A DNA stretch of 63,811 nt, counting the filler, from Craspedostauros australis (lineage: Eukaryota): the NCBI GenBank assembly GCA_030167865.1. It is 12 parts of 12 records of this genome, joined end to end, with 100 filler letters (N's around TTAATTAATTAA, not from the genome) between each part and the next. Parts side by side here need not be neighbours in the genome. Positions count along the whole stretch, not along the records: positions 15,217 to 27,035 come from JALAGF010000249.1; positions 27,136 to 36,133 come from JALAGF010000250.1; 10 more parts are not named here. One strand, given 5' to 3'. The notes beneath the pieces were generated by a model that saw nothing but the letters and a program-made list of their open reading frames with translations, was not told the DNA's origin and searched no databases. This document shows, piece after piece, positions 21,797 through 33,794 of the stretch. Within the stretch, counting starts at the first letter, position 1. Every line of letters starts with the position of its first letter. The position numbers were made by a program, and so were the translations under genes.

Positions 21797-23371
21797 TCAC
21801 GTGAACGTCCCCTGCGCACCACAGTGCAAGGCCTCGCGCGCGTACTCCATGTCCTTCGACAGACGCTGCATCTGCCGTTCGTGTTGGTAGTGGCGAAAGT
21901 AGTGCCGCACCATGGCCCAGATCCATACGATGACCATGGTGTACACCACGATGGACAGGAACCAGCTTATCGTGTTGAAGCGCTTTTGGAAGATGCGCGG
22001 TGCTGCCAGATCGGCACCGCAGAACTGGCCCACGTCGGATTGTCCGCATTGCGTGCGCAGGACGGAGAAGATGGCGTTGCCGTGCAGCGTCACATAGTCG
22101 ACGGCGAACAGGGAGATGCCACCGTCGCTGAAGTCGCCGTTGTGGATCCACGATACCAGCGATTTATGGAGGTTGGATTTGGTGGTGTCATCGAGCAACG
22201 ATGAGATGTGCGCCACACCGGCGGCCGCTGCATGTGTGTCCACCTGCCACAGGGCCTGCAATTCGGAAAATGGAAATCGATCCAGCGAGGCGGGCGGTCC
22301 CAACGAGGAGTCGTCATCCGATGCTGGATTGTTGGCGCTGGCCAGCAGGTACTGGTGCAGCTGTTCGAACGCTGGGCTCTTTTTGTTGGTGCACGGTGGA
22401 ATGCCCATCGTGGCATTCGTGTTGGAGTTTCCAGCGTCATCACCTCCATCCGCATCTGATGTCGATGTCGATGTCGATATTGCGTTGGATGATGACGCCT
22501 TCGTGGGATAGCAGGTGACGATGCGACTCTCCACGTAATTCATCTTGGCGCACATGCTCAGGTACCTATCCTGATAATCCAGCGCGATTATCGATCCGCC
22601 AGTGCCAGATATTTCACCAGCCTCCATGGCATCGCCGACCGTCCAGCCGTAGATGTCGGCGCAGGCCAGGTACGTGATTCCCATGGAGCTGTAGATGTCT
22701 TGCAATGCGCCGACCATCGTCGGCACGCCGTCCGTGTACATGGACATGTTCGAGAATTGCAAGGTGGCATGGGAATGGAACAGCAGCACAAGCTCGTCGG
22801 GATTGGCGCTGGCCCAGTCCTTGGCCTCCTGCACGACGGATTCGAATGTGACGGGGATCACGACGGCTCCGTGGTGAAAAACGACGGTCTTGTTGTGCAG
22901 GTAGTGCGGTCGCAGATCCAGCGCTCTGGCACCGGCTTGCAGCTGTTCCGTGACGGTGCCGCGCTGCGTCTTTGCGTACAGGTTGATGGCGGAATGGATG
23001 GGACCGACCGAGCCGGAGAGGTATCCCGTCGCGGCATCGTGGCTCAGGAGGAAGCTGGCCTTGGACAGCTCGAGGTTGGGATCCAACCGTGGTACGAAGC
23101 ATTCTGGATATTGGAAGTGTCCCCGGATGGCTCTCGTGCAGGGCGTGCGCGTATATGCTTGCACATGATGGAGTGCGATGGATATGAATAGCACGAATAA
23201 TGGCAGCAAGGAAAGGAACCACCGTGACGATGGCTGCAATGTTGGCGTCTTTTCTTTCCGTCGCAGTGATGGTTGGTGGCGGCGGTGGCTCTGCGTCATT
23301 GTAGGTGTGAGAGGAGACACAAGGACTGCTGTTCCTGCTGACAAGCGTCTCTGCCTCCCAGCCCCCTCCAT
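21797..23371 (-). CDS. PI-PLC X-domain (PLC-like phosphodiesterase) membrane protein
   Basis: Motifs SHDAATGY, KTQ..TVTEQLQAGARALDLRP, FHHG and NPDELVLL, with hydrophobic segments near both termini. Confidence 0.8.
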   Translation of the reverse strand: MEGAGRQRRLSAGTAVLVSPLTPTMTQSHRRHQPSLRRKEKTPTLQPSSRWFLSLLPLFVLFISIALHHVQAYTRTPCTRAIRGHFQYPECFVPRLDPNLELSKASFLLSHDAATGYLSGSVGPIHSAINLYAKTQRGTVTEQLQAGARALDLRPHYLHNKTVVFHHGAVVIPVTFESVVQEAKDWASANPDELVLLFHSHATLQFSNMSMYTDGVPTMVGALQDIYSSMGITYLACADIYGWTVGDAMEAGEISGTGGSIIALDYQDRYLSMCAKMNYVESRIVTCYPTKASSSNAISTSTSTSDADGGDDAGNSNTNATMGIPPCTNKKSPAFEQLHQYLLASANNPASDDDSSLGPPASLDRFPFSELQALWQVDTHAAAAGVAHISSLLDDTTKSNLHKSLVSWIHNGDFSDGGISLFAVDYVTLHGNAIFSVLRTQCGQSDVGQFCGADLAAPRIFQKRFNTISWFLSIVVYTMVIVWIWAMVRHYFRHYQHERQMQRLSKDMEYAREALHCGAQGTFT

Positions 23372-24937
23372 GCTTGATTGTTGGATTGGATTGATGCCAA
23401 TTGTTCATGTCAATGAGGCCGCGGGTGTTGCCTCCGACATGGTGACGCGTATCATCAGTGTTGTTTGTGCAGATGTTGTCGTGTGGATGCAGTCGTCCAG
23501 TGGTGACAACTTCTGATTTTTGTGCAGATTTAGTGCCAATTCCCGAATCTGACCGATTGCAATTTTGCTCTAGACTGGGCTACGCAACACGACAAATCCC
23601 ACGCTGGAGAGCCAAAAACTCTACAACTCGTGCTATCAGTTTGCTGAGTGAGTGAGGTGGAAGGTCCGACTAGAATAGCAGCCATTTGTACGCCTGTGGG
23701 TTGCTGCGTATGAGCACGCATACGACCATGAGTCGCTTGCACGCGCATCACGTGTCATGGTGGGTGGTACTGATGGCGAGGTGGATTGGTGGTGGTGTTG
23801 CCTCTGTGGCCGTTCGCTGGAACCTTGTGTGCCGAGGTTGCTCAACTCCATGACATGATTGTGTGGAGAAGTCACCCCAACAGTTCACTTGGAAAGACCC
23901 GGCCAACGCCAATCTGTGGAGGAACAGAACACCGTTGTCGTGTTGATGTCGCTCAGGATGGTCCATAAATGGACCAACCTCTTGTCAACGGAACTCAAAT
24001 TTGTGACTGGAACCACCTGAGCGCACATGAGTGATTGTGGCATCTGGGACGCTCAAGGGTGCATGCGTTCAATCGACAAGACGCAACAAAATGCCACGCA
24101 CTGCAAGCACGGCCACACCCACAACTGTGTTGTGATTTTCAGCATCAACGCCACAACATGTCCAGGTGCAGACAAAATCATAAATACAACATTATAGCAT
24201 AGTGCACAAACACCAGCCTCAACACACACCCATCTCAGAATCCAATCAGGCGCACACACATCCGCGCGTACCTCAAGGTGAGCAACCATTCCGCGTACGA
24301 CGATTCGAGGCCAGTTCAAATCACATGGCGCAGCAGGTTGCCTGATGGCCGGTTCCATGACGATGACTCCGGAGCAGCAAGAGAAAGACGCATCTCGCTC
24401 CACTCGGCCGTTGTTGTCCTCATCGTCGTCGGCGAACGCAGCATGCCGCAGGTATCCATCCATCCGGCCAGCACAACGACAGACAATTGCATACTGCACG
24501 AATGTGTTGCCGCTGCGGTATCGGAAGAGGCGAGGCACTGACTGCTCAACTACGAGTACGATTGTGCAGTGCTTCGCCAATCACCACGACATTGTAATCA
24601 CCTCAGCTGCCAATCCTGTGAATGATGCATGCACGGCTCACCCAATCCACATTCTTGCCACTGTTGCGGTTTCCATTTTTCTTCTCCTATCTTGTGGTGC
24701 GCACATGATCAATGTGGTACTGTATGCATCCTGCGCAACCGTGCAGCACAATCCTCCTGCAAGAACGCTGAAGCGCAAGAGACAAAATCAACACAACCGA
24801 AAGCACCGATCCAGTCACGAGTGTGAAGGAGTCTCGAAGCAAATACGAGCAAGAGCATATCACTCATCCGAATTAGAGAGGAAAGCAACAGCATTCCAGC
24901 AACTCACCACCAAGCAAAGATCACGCAGAAACTGAAG

Positions 24938-26836
24938 ATGCTCAAGTTCAAGGCAGCGACCATCACGGCGATCTTGCTCGCCAAATGCAAGACGATCGAT
25001 GCCATCCTTCGCGGCCGTAGATTGGTTGACCCAACTGACAAACTTCATGTTGCGATGCAGGCAACCAGACTGCTGAAGGCCGGCGGCGGTCTCATCCCAA
25101 AGAACTTCAAGGGAAACAAACAGACGGGAGCACCCTCCAACAATCCGACCAGCAATCCCAGTGTGGCATCAACCAGTTCGCCTACCAGCTCTCCCACATC
25201 GGCACCAACTTCGAGGCCAACCGGGCGGCCAGTTGCCTTGGCAACCAGCAATCCAACCTTGAGGCCTACCTCGTCACCGACCGACCAGCCAACAAGCAGA
25301 CCAACTTCCATGCCAACCTCGGGGCCTACATCTGCACCAACTACCATCTCATTTGCATTTGATTCCAGCATCTCTGTGACTTGCAAGCCAGATGTTGTGC
25401 CAGGATACTTTGCGCCGGAGGCATCCGAGCCAAAGACCATCATCTGCAATCCATCCAAGACATCGTGCCGCGAGGCCATCACTGCTGTTCGAAGCACACC
25501 AGGATTGCAGAATTACTTTGCATGCGCTGGCCTCTTGACCGAGGGGGATGCGCGCAAGCTATTCAATCGATATGCGTCCAACCCCATACTTGCTGAGGAG
25601 CTGACGCTATTGTCCGCTGCTGGCACCACTCTGTTCACAGCTCTCGGTGGTGATGACATCTACCAAGCATGCCAGGATGCCGGGGCTCCATGCTGTGCAA
25701 AGGATTATGACTGTACCAGTGCCGACAGTTACAGTTTCATGACCATTGCCGACACTGCCTGTGTTGGGTATGAATCTTGCTTTGACATGGGACTAAACCC
25801 ATTGGTCCTGGATTCATCCTGCACCAGCAAAGGGGCATGCGCCCGCGTGAACTCTCTTTATGTTTCCCATTGCGATGGTCCTCACCCAACGTACGGTGTC
25901 ACCTTCATTGGTCAACTGGCCTGCACTGATCCTATTTCCTGCACCGTCGCTGGCAGATATTCCTACGGAGACGTCATCATACAAAGCGGCGCCTGCGTTG
26001 GACCCTACGCCTGTGCGGGCGTTGGCTTCCGCGGTGCACAAGTCGGGGCCAGCCGTTCCCAGAGCCACGTCACAATTGGGTCCAACGCATGCCTTGGTGA
26101 GTTTGCATGCATCGCAGCACATGCGAGCGGTTACTATCGCTGCAGATGCACATCGTTGCCATCACCTGCGAAGATTCAGGGCAGCTTGATCATCGGCGAT
26201 AGTGCCTGCACCGCAGACTACGCTTGCACAGAGTTGGGATTCAATGACTCAGTGACGACTGACATAATTGTGCCAGAATATGGCTGTGACTACGCCTACG
26301 CGTGCTACAAATGCATGACGAAAACCAACTGCAACAGCGACGAAGTCTTCGTTCTCTAGGATGCTGATGCCGCCTGCCCCGCAGACGATGATGGTGCAAC
26401 CGACGAACTGGTCGATCAATTTTGCATCAACAAAGACCAACTCCCAACAGATTGCCCGACTTTCGCCCCTACTCCGCTGGCAAGCGATACCCCAACAATG
26501 ATTCCAACAGAGCAGCCGTCCGATCTGCCAACTTCTGTCCCATCAAGCCACCCGACCATCAACAAGACCATCCTGCAGACCCTTTGCTTGAACAAGGCTG
26601 GGGAGGTTGCTGCGGGCTTCACCTCCGGACCAGTCGTCCTCTGCGACGACGATGTGGGCACATGCACACAATTCGTCCAAGACATTGAGTCTCTCCCTGA
26701 TAATCAGCAATTACACACAGGACAAGAGGGGAGCACCAAACACTGCACTTACGACGCCGCCTGGGTGATCAATCCAATAGGTGAAGTTGGAGATGTTTGG
26801 TGTATTTGGTTGCTATGTTATTGGTGTGTCAATTGA
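24938..26836 (+). pseudogene. secreted Cys-rich / PT-repeat surface protein with an in-frame TAG at 26357-26359 (truncated allele or pseudogene)
   Basis: PTSxPT repeats and ACxGxxAC repeats. Similarity to the paralog at 54111-55390 continues in frame past the stop. Confidence 0.65.
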
Positions 26837-27135
26837 TGATTGAGTGTGGATTATGAGATGATGATCTTCTATTTCTAATGATGGTGCCTATTGCACGGTT
26901 GCTAACGTGCTGCTCGATTACCTCGTGGTTTCTCTCGCAGTCTTTTCTAAGACATTGCCCAAGATGGCATGTTGATCTACACGATACTCCGTGTTATTCT
27001 CGCCTTTGGGTCTTTCTTCATCTCTCCTGGTCTTGNNNNNNNNNNNNNNNNNNNNNNNNNNNNNNNNNNNNNNNNNNNNTTAATTAATTAANNNNNNNNN
27101 NNNNNNNNNNNNNNNNNNNNNNNNNNNNNNNNNNN

Positions 27136-27840
27136 GTGCAGCGTTCGAAACCAGGTGGGAGTTTCTCATCCTTGCCCAACACTGATGGTGGGAAGACGAA
27201 GGTCGCCGGTGCGCCAGTCCTTCCACTCGGCGTGACCTCGCTGTCGCTGCTGGTCTCCGACGGAGCAATGGGCGGAGCCGCGGGAGGAGGGGAACCGTCC
27301 ATGACGAATAGAGGGAAGAGACTATGCGTCAGAAACGACACGTGTTGTGGTCTGTGGCAGTGATCAGAATGTCTCGTGCAAGATGTTGGTCGAAGTGGAG
27401 CATCGAGGTGTGATCATGAGGTGGGTTGTGACAGATGATTGTCTTGGAATGAGAGAATCGAGATGAGAGAATCGAGCGATGGCGATGTGATGGTGATGTG
27501 ATGGCGATGTGATGGATGATGTTTTTCTCTTTGTTGTTCCAAAACGAACGCAAAAGTCTACGATGGCGGCCAATGTAGACAGATGTGGAGGACAAGAAGG
27601 ACTAAACTAGAACGAAATAACACAACATGATTGGCCAAAGTCTATTATCCATGTGGAAGTGATACATTTTCCGGGACTCTCTGAGTGGAAATGATTTCCA
27701 TTTCTGGTGCAGAAATGGAAATCATTTCCACTCAGCGAGGGGGTGATTTCTTGCCACCCCCCGGGAAAGTGTCTCTATCAGGTTATGACTCCCTCGTGGG
27801 ACTGGTCGTGACTGGGTGAGTGGAATGCAGAACTTCTCTA
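27136..27840 (-). mobile_element. second copy of the hAT-like element end
   Basis: Matches 15217-15921 (offset 11919) with a different flank. Confidence 0.6.
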
Positions 27841-28438
27841 ATGATTTCTGAGGGCATCAGGAATCTCGTCCGCCCATCAACCAATGGAAATGTATGGCAT
27901 CGGGCGAAGCTCGATGTACTTCCCAACTAAGCCTCAAATGATGATACCCTCACCAGACCATTGCATCATCGATGGAATATGGAATCAGAAGGACCATGGA
28001 AGCTGACAGCTGATGTCGACAAGATGTCATTGTGTCACCACGTTGACACCTGTCTCCACATCAGATCAAGAAGGCGAAGATTTGATAACCAAGGGACATC
28101 GAGATTGTGGATATACAAGGAGGTGTTTGGACGAGAGATTGGCAATTGCTTGCAGAGTAGAAGGCCCATAGAGAACGTATTGAATATGGAGCACGTATCG
28201 AGCACGGAATACCGCGTGGTGTGAACATGCAATATCGAGAGAGAGAATACGAGCAATAGCAAGAGAGTATCTCACGTGCTGACTCATAGTTGGAGAGACA
28301 CGCCGAGAGCATTGGGCAGAGCAACAAGAGACACTGAGAGGATCAGAGTGTCAACATAGTGAAATAGCAAACGGAATTGTAACAACCATCACCGTCTTCC
28401 ATGATCGCAAGAGTATCCATGAGCAGAACTTGCCAACA
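27841..28438 (-). mobile_element. LTR of a retrotransposon family (diverged copy)
   Basis: The minus strand starts TGTTGGCAAGTTC at 28438. It shares TACTTCCCAACTAA and GAAATAGCAAA blocks with 36234-36796 and 38334-38951. Confidence 0.7.
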
Positions 28439-29582
28439 AACATAGCAGAGTGCTCATCATTGGTGAAAGCCGGCATGAGTTGGGGCAAAGCCGCAGGACA
28501 TGTATGAAGAGGGGTAAAGTCTGTGGGGATGGTGCTGGAGCGTTGAAGGTAGGCTTGGAACTGACGTGCCACAAGGGCTGTGACCCAATTGTCATCGTCA
28601 TCTTGGTGATTGTGATACCATGAGCAGAGCTTCCACATCTCACGAACATGTATCAAGGGGCCACCCCACTCTGTCATACATGCATGGAAGAGAGTGTCCT
28701 TGACATCAAAGAGATTGTAGAGCTCACTGTCACTGGTCACATGGAGCACAGTGCGCACATCATCGAACCACTTCCATCCAAGTCGCTTGGAGATGGTCTT
28801 GGCATCAACCAGATCGTCTGGCTCAAGAGCGGAGTCGTCTTGACCAGTCATCATGGGTGGAACAGGGAGGGAAGACCTGAGGGAAGGGTAAGAAGGATAC
28901 CGCAGGTGCAAGAGAATGGGACGTCCTTGAGCAACATGAGAAGAGAGGAAGTAGATGAGTTCATGAGGAGTGTGAAGAAGGCCATGACCTGTCAATGTCG
29001 TGAGAGTGCAGTGTGTATGATTTGGTGGTAATGTTGGATTTATGACTACGGAGTTGTGATGATGCTTGTTGTGTCAGCTCTTGCTGCCGTCAATGACGTC
29101 TGTCATCGTATGTGGGTACGGATGCCAACTGTGTGTGTCTCCCATTCTTCACAAACACAGAAGACACGACACTGGGACGCGATGGCGCCAAGCAACCAAA
29201 GTGGCGGATACGCAGAGGCAGAGAGCGCGTCACCATCCTCCACTCCATCTTGGAACGCACCACCGCCACAGCCCAACAGGATCTGAAACCACGAAACCTG
29301 GCGAACAGCATCCCATTCGAAAGCACCTATCCTACTGTCGTCGGACAGTTCGCAAAACTGCATGCTCTAACATGTAATGTGATGGATATGTTGTAGTGTA
29401 CTCGTCCAGGTTCGTATCCGTGCAAACGAGGAGAGCCCTTTTCTCGGTGAGTCTTCCACCTCCGCTTGCTTCGTGCGAGAGTCGATGGAGCGAGAGAGAA
29501 GTGCATCCCATACCCGAACGGGAGGCCGTGTTTCTGTCTTGTGAGTATGGAAGCATCGGAATGGGCCGCATTTCGCCATTTT

Positions 29583-30689
29583 TCATTTGAAGAGAACGTC
29601 AGTCAGGACATCAAGCCCCTGAGCGTCGGTAAGCCTCTCGCAGAGTTCGCGTGCCTTGTTATTCCTTTCCGTGTACTTGTTCTGTTGATGATCAGGCAAT
29701 GGCCGTCCATGCGATGCAATGTACAAATGGAATCTTGGATTTCCCGACTCGCATGTCCGGAAGCCTCCTCCGTGAACTGTCGAGGCGGGCAAGACAAGGA
29801 GCTTGCCAGGTGGAACGAACACCATCTGGCCAAGTTCAGGTTCCCCCGGCTTTGTATTGCACCAGAGCTGGAGGAACATGCCTTCGTCGGAGAGCGGGAA
29901 GAAACCGATGAAGAGTTTATCGTCCTCCTGATCAAGGTACTCCCACGTGAAATCCACATGGGCTGGTTGAGGGACAGTCGCTTCGGTCTTCAGAAACGAT
30001 CCCTGGTAATCGATCACGTCATCTCCGACGGCCCATCTCAGCTTGTTCTCAAACTCGTCCACGAGATCCGCGACGATGGATTCCTGATCCTTCTCTGCTG
30101 AGCGACTGGCAAGGTGTCTCAGCTTGCGTTGATTGAGCATTGCGAAGGAGATGTTCTCGTTGAAGTCCGCCACTCTTGCGGAAGGCTGATTTGGCATGAT
30201 GGAACGGACATGTCGCACGAAAGATGGATCCAAGTTGGACAATCGTCCGTTGTACTGCGACAGCGTTTGCATGCATCTGGAGTTGATGCCATCCATCAAG
30301 ATGATGGAGGTGACGCTTGTCCACATTCTATTCATCGCTGCGATCGATCGGTTGCTGTCATCTCTCTCACTCAGCCAAGATCCTTGCCTCATCTCGAGCT
30401 TCGACGAATCAGTGTGAATCAGCTCAGAGTCGGTGTCCTTGTTACCGCTACGGATGATACTGCTCGTAGTACGATCGTTACCACCACCCAGGCGCGCAGA
30501 TCTCGTGACATGTTCACGAAAGAGCATCCGTGCTGCGGCTCGGGTTGGATCCGTGTCGTCGGACCCTCTGCCAAAACCTGTGTAATCATAGCATTGCGTT
30601 CCTTCGCCAAGGATGAGATCGCCCTTTGATCTAGGAAGAAGAGGGAAAGCCGTGGCGGCGGTTTGCTGTTGGATTGTTGCGGGAGGCAT
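29583..30689 (-). CDS. 2OG-Fe(II) dioxygenase-like (PhyH-like fold) protein
   Basis: QPAHVDF (HxD), VFVPPGKLLVLPASTVHGG (distal His) and NPRFHLY (Arg). Confidence 0.65.
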   Translation of the reverse strand: MPPATIQQQTAATAFPLLPRSKGDLILGEGTQCYDYTGFGRGSDDTDPTRAAARMLFREHVTRSARLGGGNDRTTSSIIRSGNKDTDSELIHTDSSKLEMRQGSWLSERDDSNRSIAAMNRMWTSVTSIILMDGINSRCMQTLSQYNGRLSNLDPSFVRHVRSIMPNQPSARVADFNENISFAMLNQRKLRHLASRSAEKDQESIVADLVDEFENKLRWAVGDDVIDYQGSFLKTEATVPQPAHVDFTWEYLDQEDDKLFIGFFPLSDEGMFLQLWCNTKPGEPELGQMVFVPPGKLLVLPASTVHGGGFRTCESGNPRFHLYIASHGRPLPDHQQNKYTERNNKARELCERLTDAQGLDVLTDVLFK

Positions 30690-31478
30690 GCTGTGGAGTT
30701 GTTTCGATCGTCAATCTATTGTATGTGCTGACGTTGCTCTTGCCGATTCTTCTGCAATGCGTGCGTTTACTTCGTCAGTGAGTTGGCCGCTGGACAAGTC
30801 CAGCACAGGAAGAGGTGAAAGCGAAGGAGCACAAGACGAAAACATCGCGAAGATACCATTCCGGGTGCAGAAGTTCTTTGATTGGTGACACCACGGTTTT
30901 ATTTGGTCTGGATTGCAGAATTCATCTGAGATCCTCCACCAACGGATGTCACCAAGAGGCGAGAGAGGAGACGAAGATCATCTCCGTCACGATCATCACC
31001 ATGATCATGGGAACAGCGATCCATGTCGGAGAACGAGATCTTCAGGTGTTCTGTTTTGATTGATCTGTGTCAAAAATGTGACACCGAACAAGAACTCAAT
31101 TTCAGAACACGTTTCTGATTCGGACGTGGGGTGTTCTGTGTTGCTTCATTCAATGAGAACACCAACTTGTCTGTCAACTGTTGCGGCCGACGTTGATGAT
31201 TGCGAGGCTGCTGAAACACACAGATAGACAGACACATGAACCAAACAGACATGCTTGTTGGAGGCTACGCAGACAGACAAACGAAACGCGGTGTGAAATC
31301 GGCGCGACCGACAGAAGAAGCGATGGCGTACTCCACTTTGGTTGCAATTGACAACTGTGAAAGTAGGCACGTATTCTATTACATTCATCATCTACATCAC
31401 CCGCGAACTTTCCAACCATGACATGCCATTCACTGCCAGGTTTCATTCCTTCACCCATCAGTGGAGTTGCGGATGTGC

Positions 31479-32823
31479 TCAGAACGGATCATTCACCGGC
31501 ACAGCTACTGCTATGGGAACCTCCACGGCCTCGTCTTCATGCGACGATGTCGGTTCCGGAGACACTGGCAACACGTACGCGCCATTACCATCGCCATTGC
31601 TGTTCATTCCGCCATCGATTTCAACGTCATGGACCGCCGTGCCTCCCAAGGCGCTCTCATCTCCTTGGTGGATCAGACGCTGTGGTTGCACGGCTTGCCA
31701 TCGCAGTTTGCACGAGAAATACGTCGCGATTGCCCACGAGAAGCAGACGAAGAGGAGAAAGTCCGCGAAATCGAGAATGGGTTCATCCTCGTCGATGCCC
31801 GCTGCTATCTGGAACCCCGTCAGCATCACGAAGACCAGGTAGAGGAAGATGCAGCCGAAGAGGGCGCAGAAAAGCAGGGATGACATCAGTTGATTCATCA
31901 CATCGCAAAACGTTGACCCCCACACCCAATGCCGCAGCGATAATATCACCGACACGATGAGAATGGCACATCCCATGAAGGTCGATAGCAGCGTCACCCA
32001 CCCATTCATCACATCGTACGTGTCGCTGCGGTCAAAGCCATCCTCGAAGATCCAGATGGAAACGAGGACGGAGTCTTCGAACAGGAACACCGCGATCTCT
32101 GTGAAGAGGATGGCATACAACGCCCGCATGTTGAGCTGCTCTTCAATGGACATGTTCCCCATGAAGATGACGGGGTTTTGACAGAACGGCACCCACATCA
32201 ATCCCTTGCAGTGCAGCAGCACGTGTTTCCCTTCAACCACATCGTATCGTATTGTATCGTATCGTATCATATCGTATCGTATCGCATCGTGCCATATCAT
32301 GAGTGTACGGGTACAGGTACGAATCCATGTGTCGCCGTGCCATAGTCCCACGTAATCCATGCCCAAGCAAAGAAGAAGAGAAGGAAGAGCGCCACGAGGG
32401 TGCTTATGGAATAATCAGATCAGGTGAGGATTCGTACCAGTAGTCGAGAGATGTGTTATGTGCAATGGCAAGGTATGTTAACCAGCAGCATTCATAATGG
32501 TGTCATGAAGACGTCCGCATGTGCATCCACGCGCTGTCCGATCTTCGTCATCCACCACCTCGCCCTCACTAACCTTTCGCAGCGATGGCTCGCGCCAGCG
32601 CAATTCCACCCAGCAGGATGATCCCTTGCCCCTGCTTATCCCCCAGTATCATTCGAATTGCAGCGACCGTATCCAGGATGGCATCCACGAAATCCAGCAC
32701 ATCATAAACAACGGAGGCGTAGTACAGTATGCGCCGCTTCTTGGACGGTGATTTGGCGCTGAAGTCCTCCGACGGCGGTGTGCAGAACAGCAGCCGCGAG
32801 GATCCTTCCATCAACTTCCACAT
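31479..32823 (-). CDS. hypothetical multi-pass membrane protein; probable intron 32231-32573
   Basis: Two hydrophobic ORFs can be joined in phase (AAAG|GTTAGT ... GAAG|GG). An (ATCGT)n tract falls inside the intron. Confidence 0.55.
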
Positions 32824-33794
32824 CTTGACGTGTGAGGGTGACCAAACTCTGTGGCGATTTTGTGTGTTCCTGGCAGGAGATTTGATCCGACATGAACCGA
32901 AAGCAATGAAGTGATACGCTACTCCAACTTGTCATGTTGTGGAGAGCAACTTGTCCTTGCAGGTAAGATCATGATGGTGTTGGTGTTCGCGCAATCGTCC
33001 TCATTTTTGTTTTGTTGCGTTTTTTGATCGTGTGGTGTTGCGGGGCAAGACCAATGTGCGTTGCATGCGCATTCCGTGTTGTTCCTTCCTTTGTTGGGCT
33101 ATTGCTTTTGCACATGCATTTTTGTCAATTTCATTGCTCGGGAGAAGGAGCACGATTGAATCTCTTCAATCACGCAAATACGTGACTGGTTCGAAACTTG
33201 GATGCGAAACGTCGACATAGATTTACTCGTATGGGTCGAAATCGAGTCATTGATTAGTCCCGTTCGTGGACGATGGCGAATGTTCCACGGACATCCATGA
33301 GCAGTCTTCTCCTTTCGATCAGTTTCCATCATTTATCCAGACACGCCGCTGGTGATGCTTCCGTGGAAGATCCAAAAGCAATCGTGCCAGAACACTTTCT
33401 CCTCAACGGCAGCCCCTGCAGTAGCAGCAGCAACAGCAGCACTGGCGGTGTCAGCGACATTACAACCACAAAAGAGAAGCAACATGCTTCATCATCTCCT
33501 CCCAGCCTCAGCGCCATCACCAACCTCCACGCCATTCCCCAAGGTGAGTCGCTGTATTCAGCTTGCTTCGTTGAAGCCGTTGTCACGCTGTTGTACGACT
33601 ATCCTTCTGTCCTCTCTTCCGTCTGCGTCTGGCTCTCCTGTCTCTCTTTGCTTTCTGGCTGGATATGACCGAGAGCGCCGCAACAGCATCAGAGTTGTTT
33701 CTTCCAACTCCGCCATCACATCATCTCTCACTCCCCGCATAGCGCTCGCGCTCGTACTCTACTACTCTGGTACAGGCAACCAACCACTGCAAGA

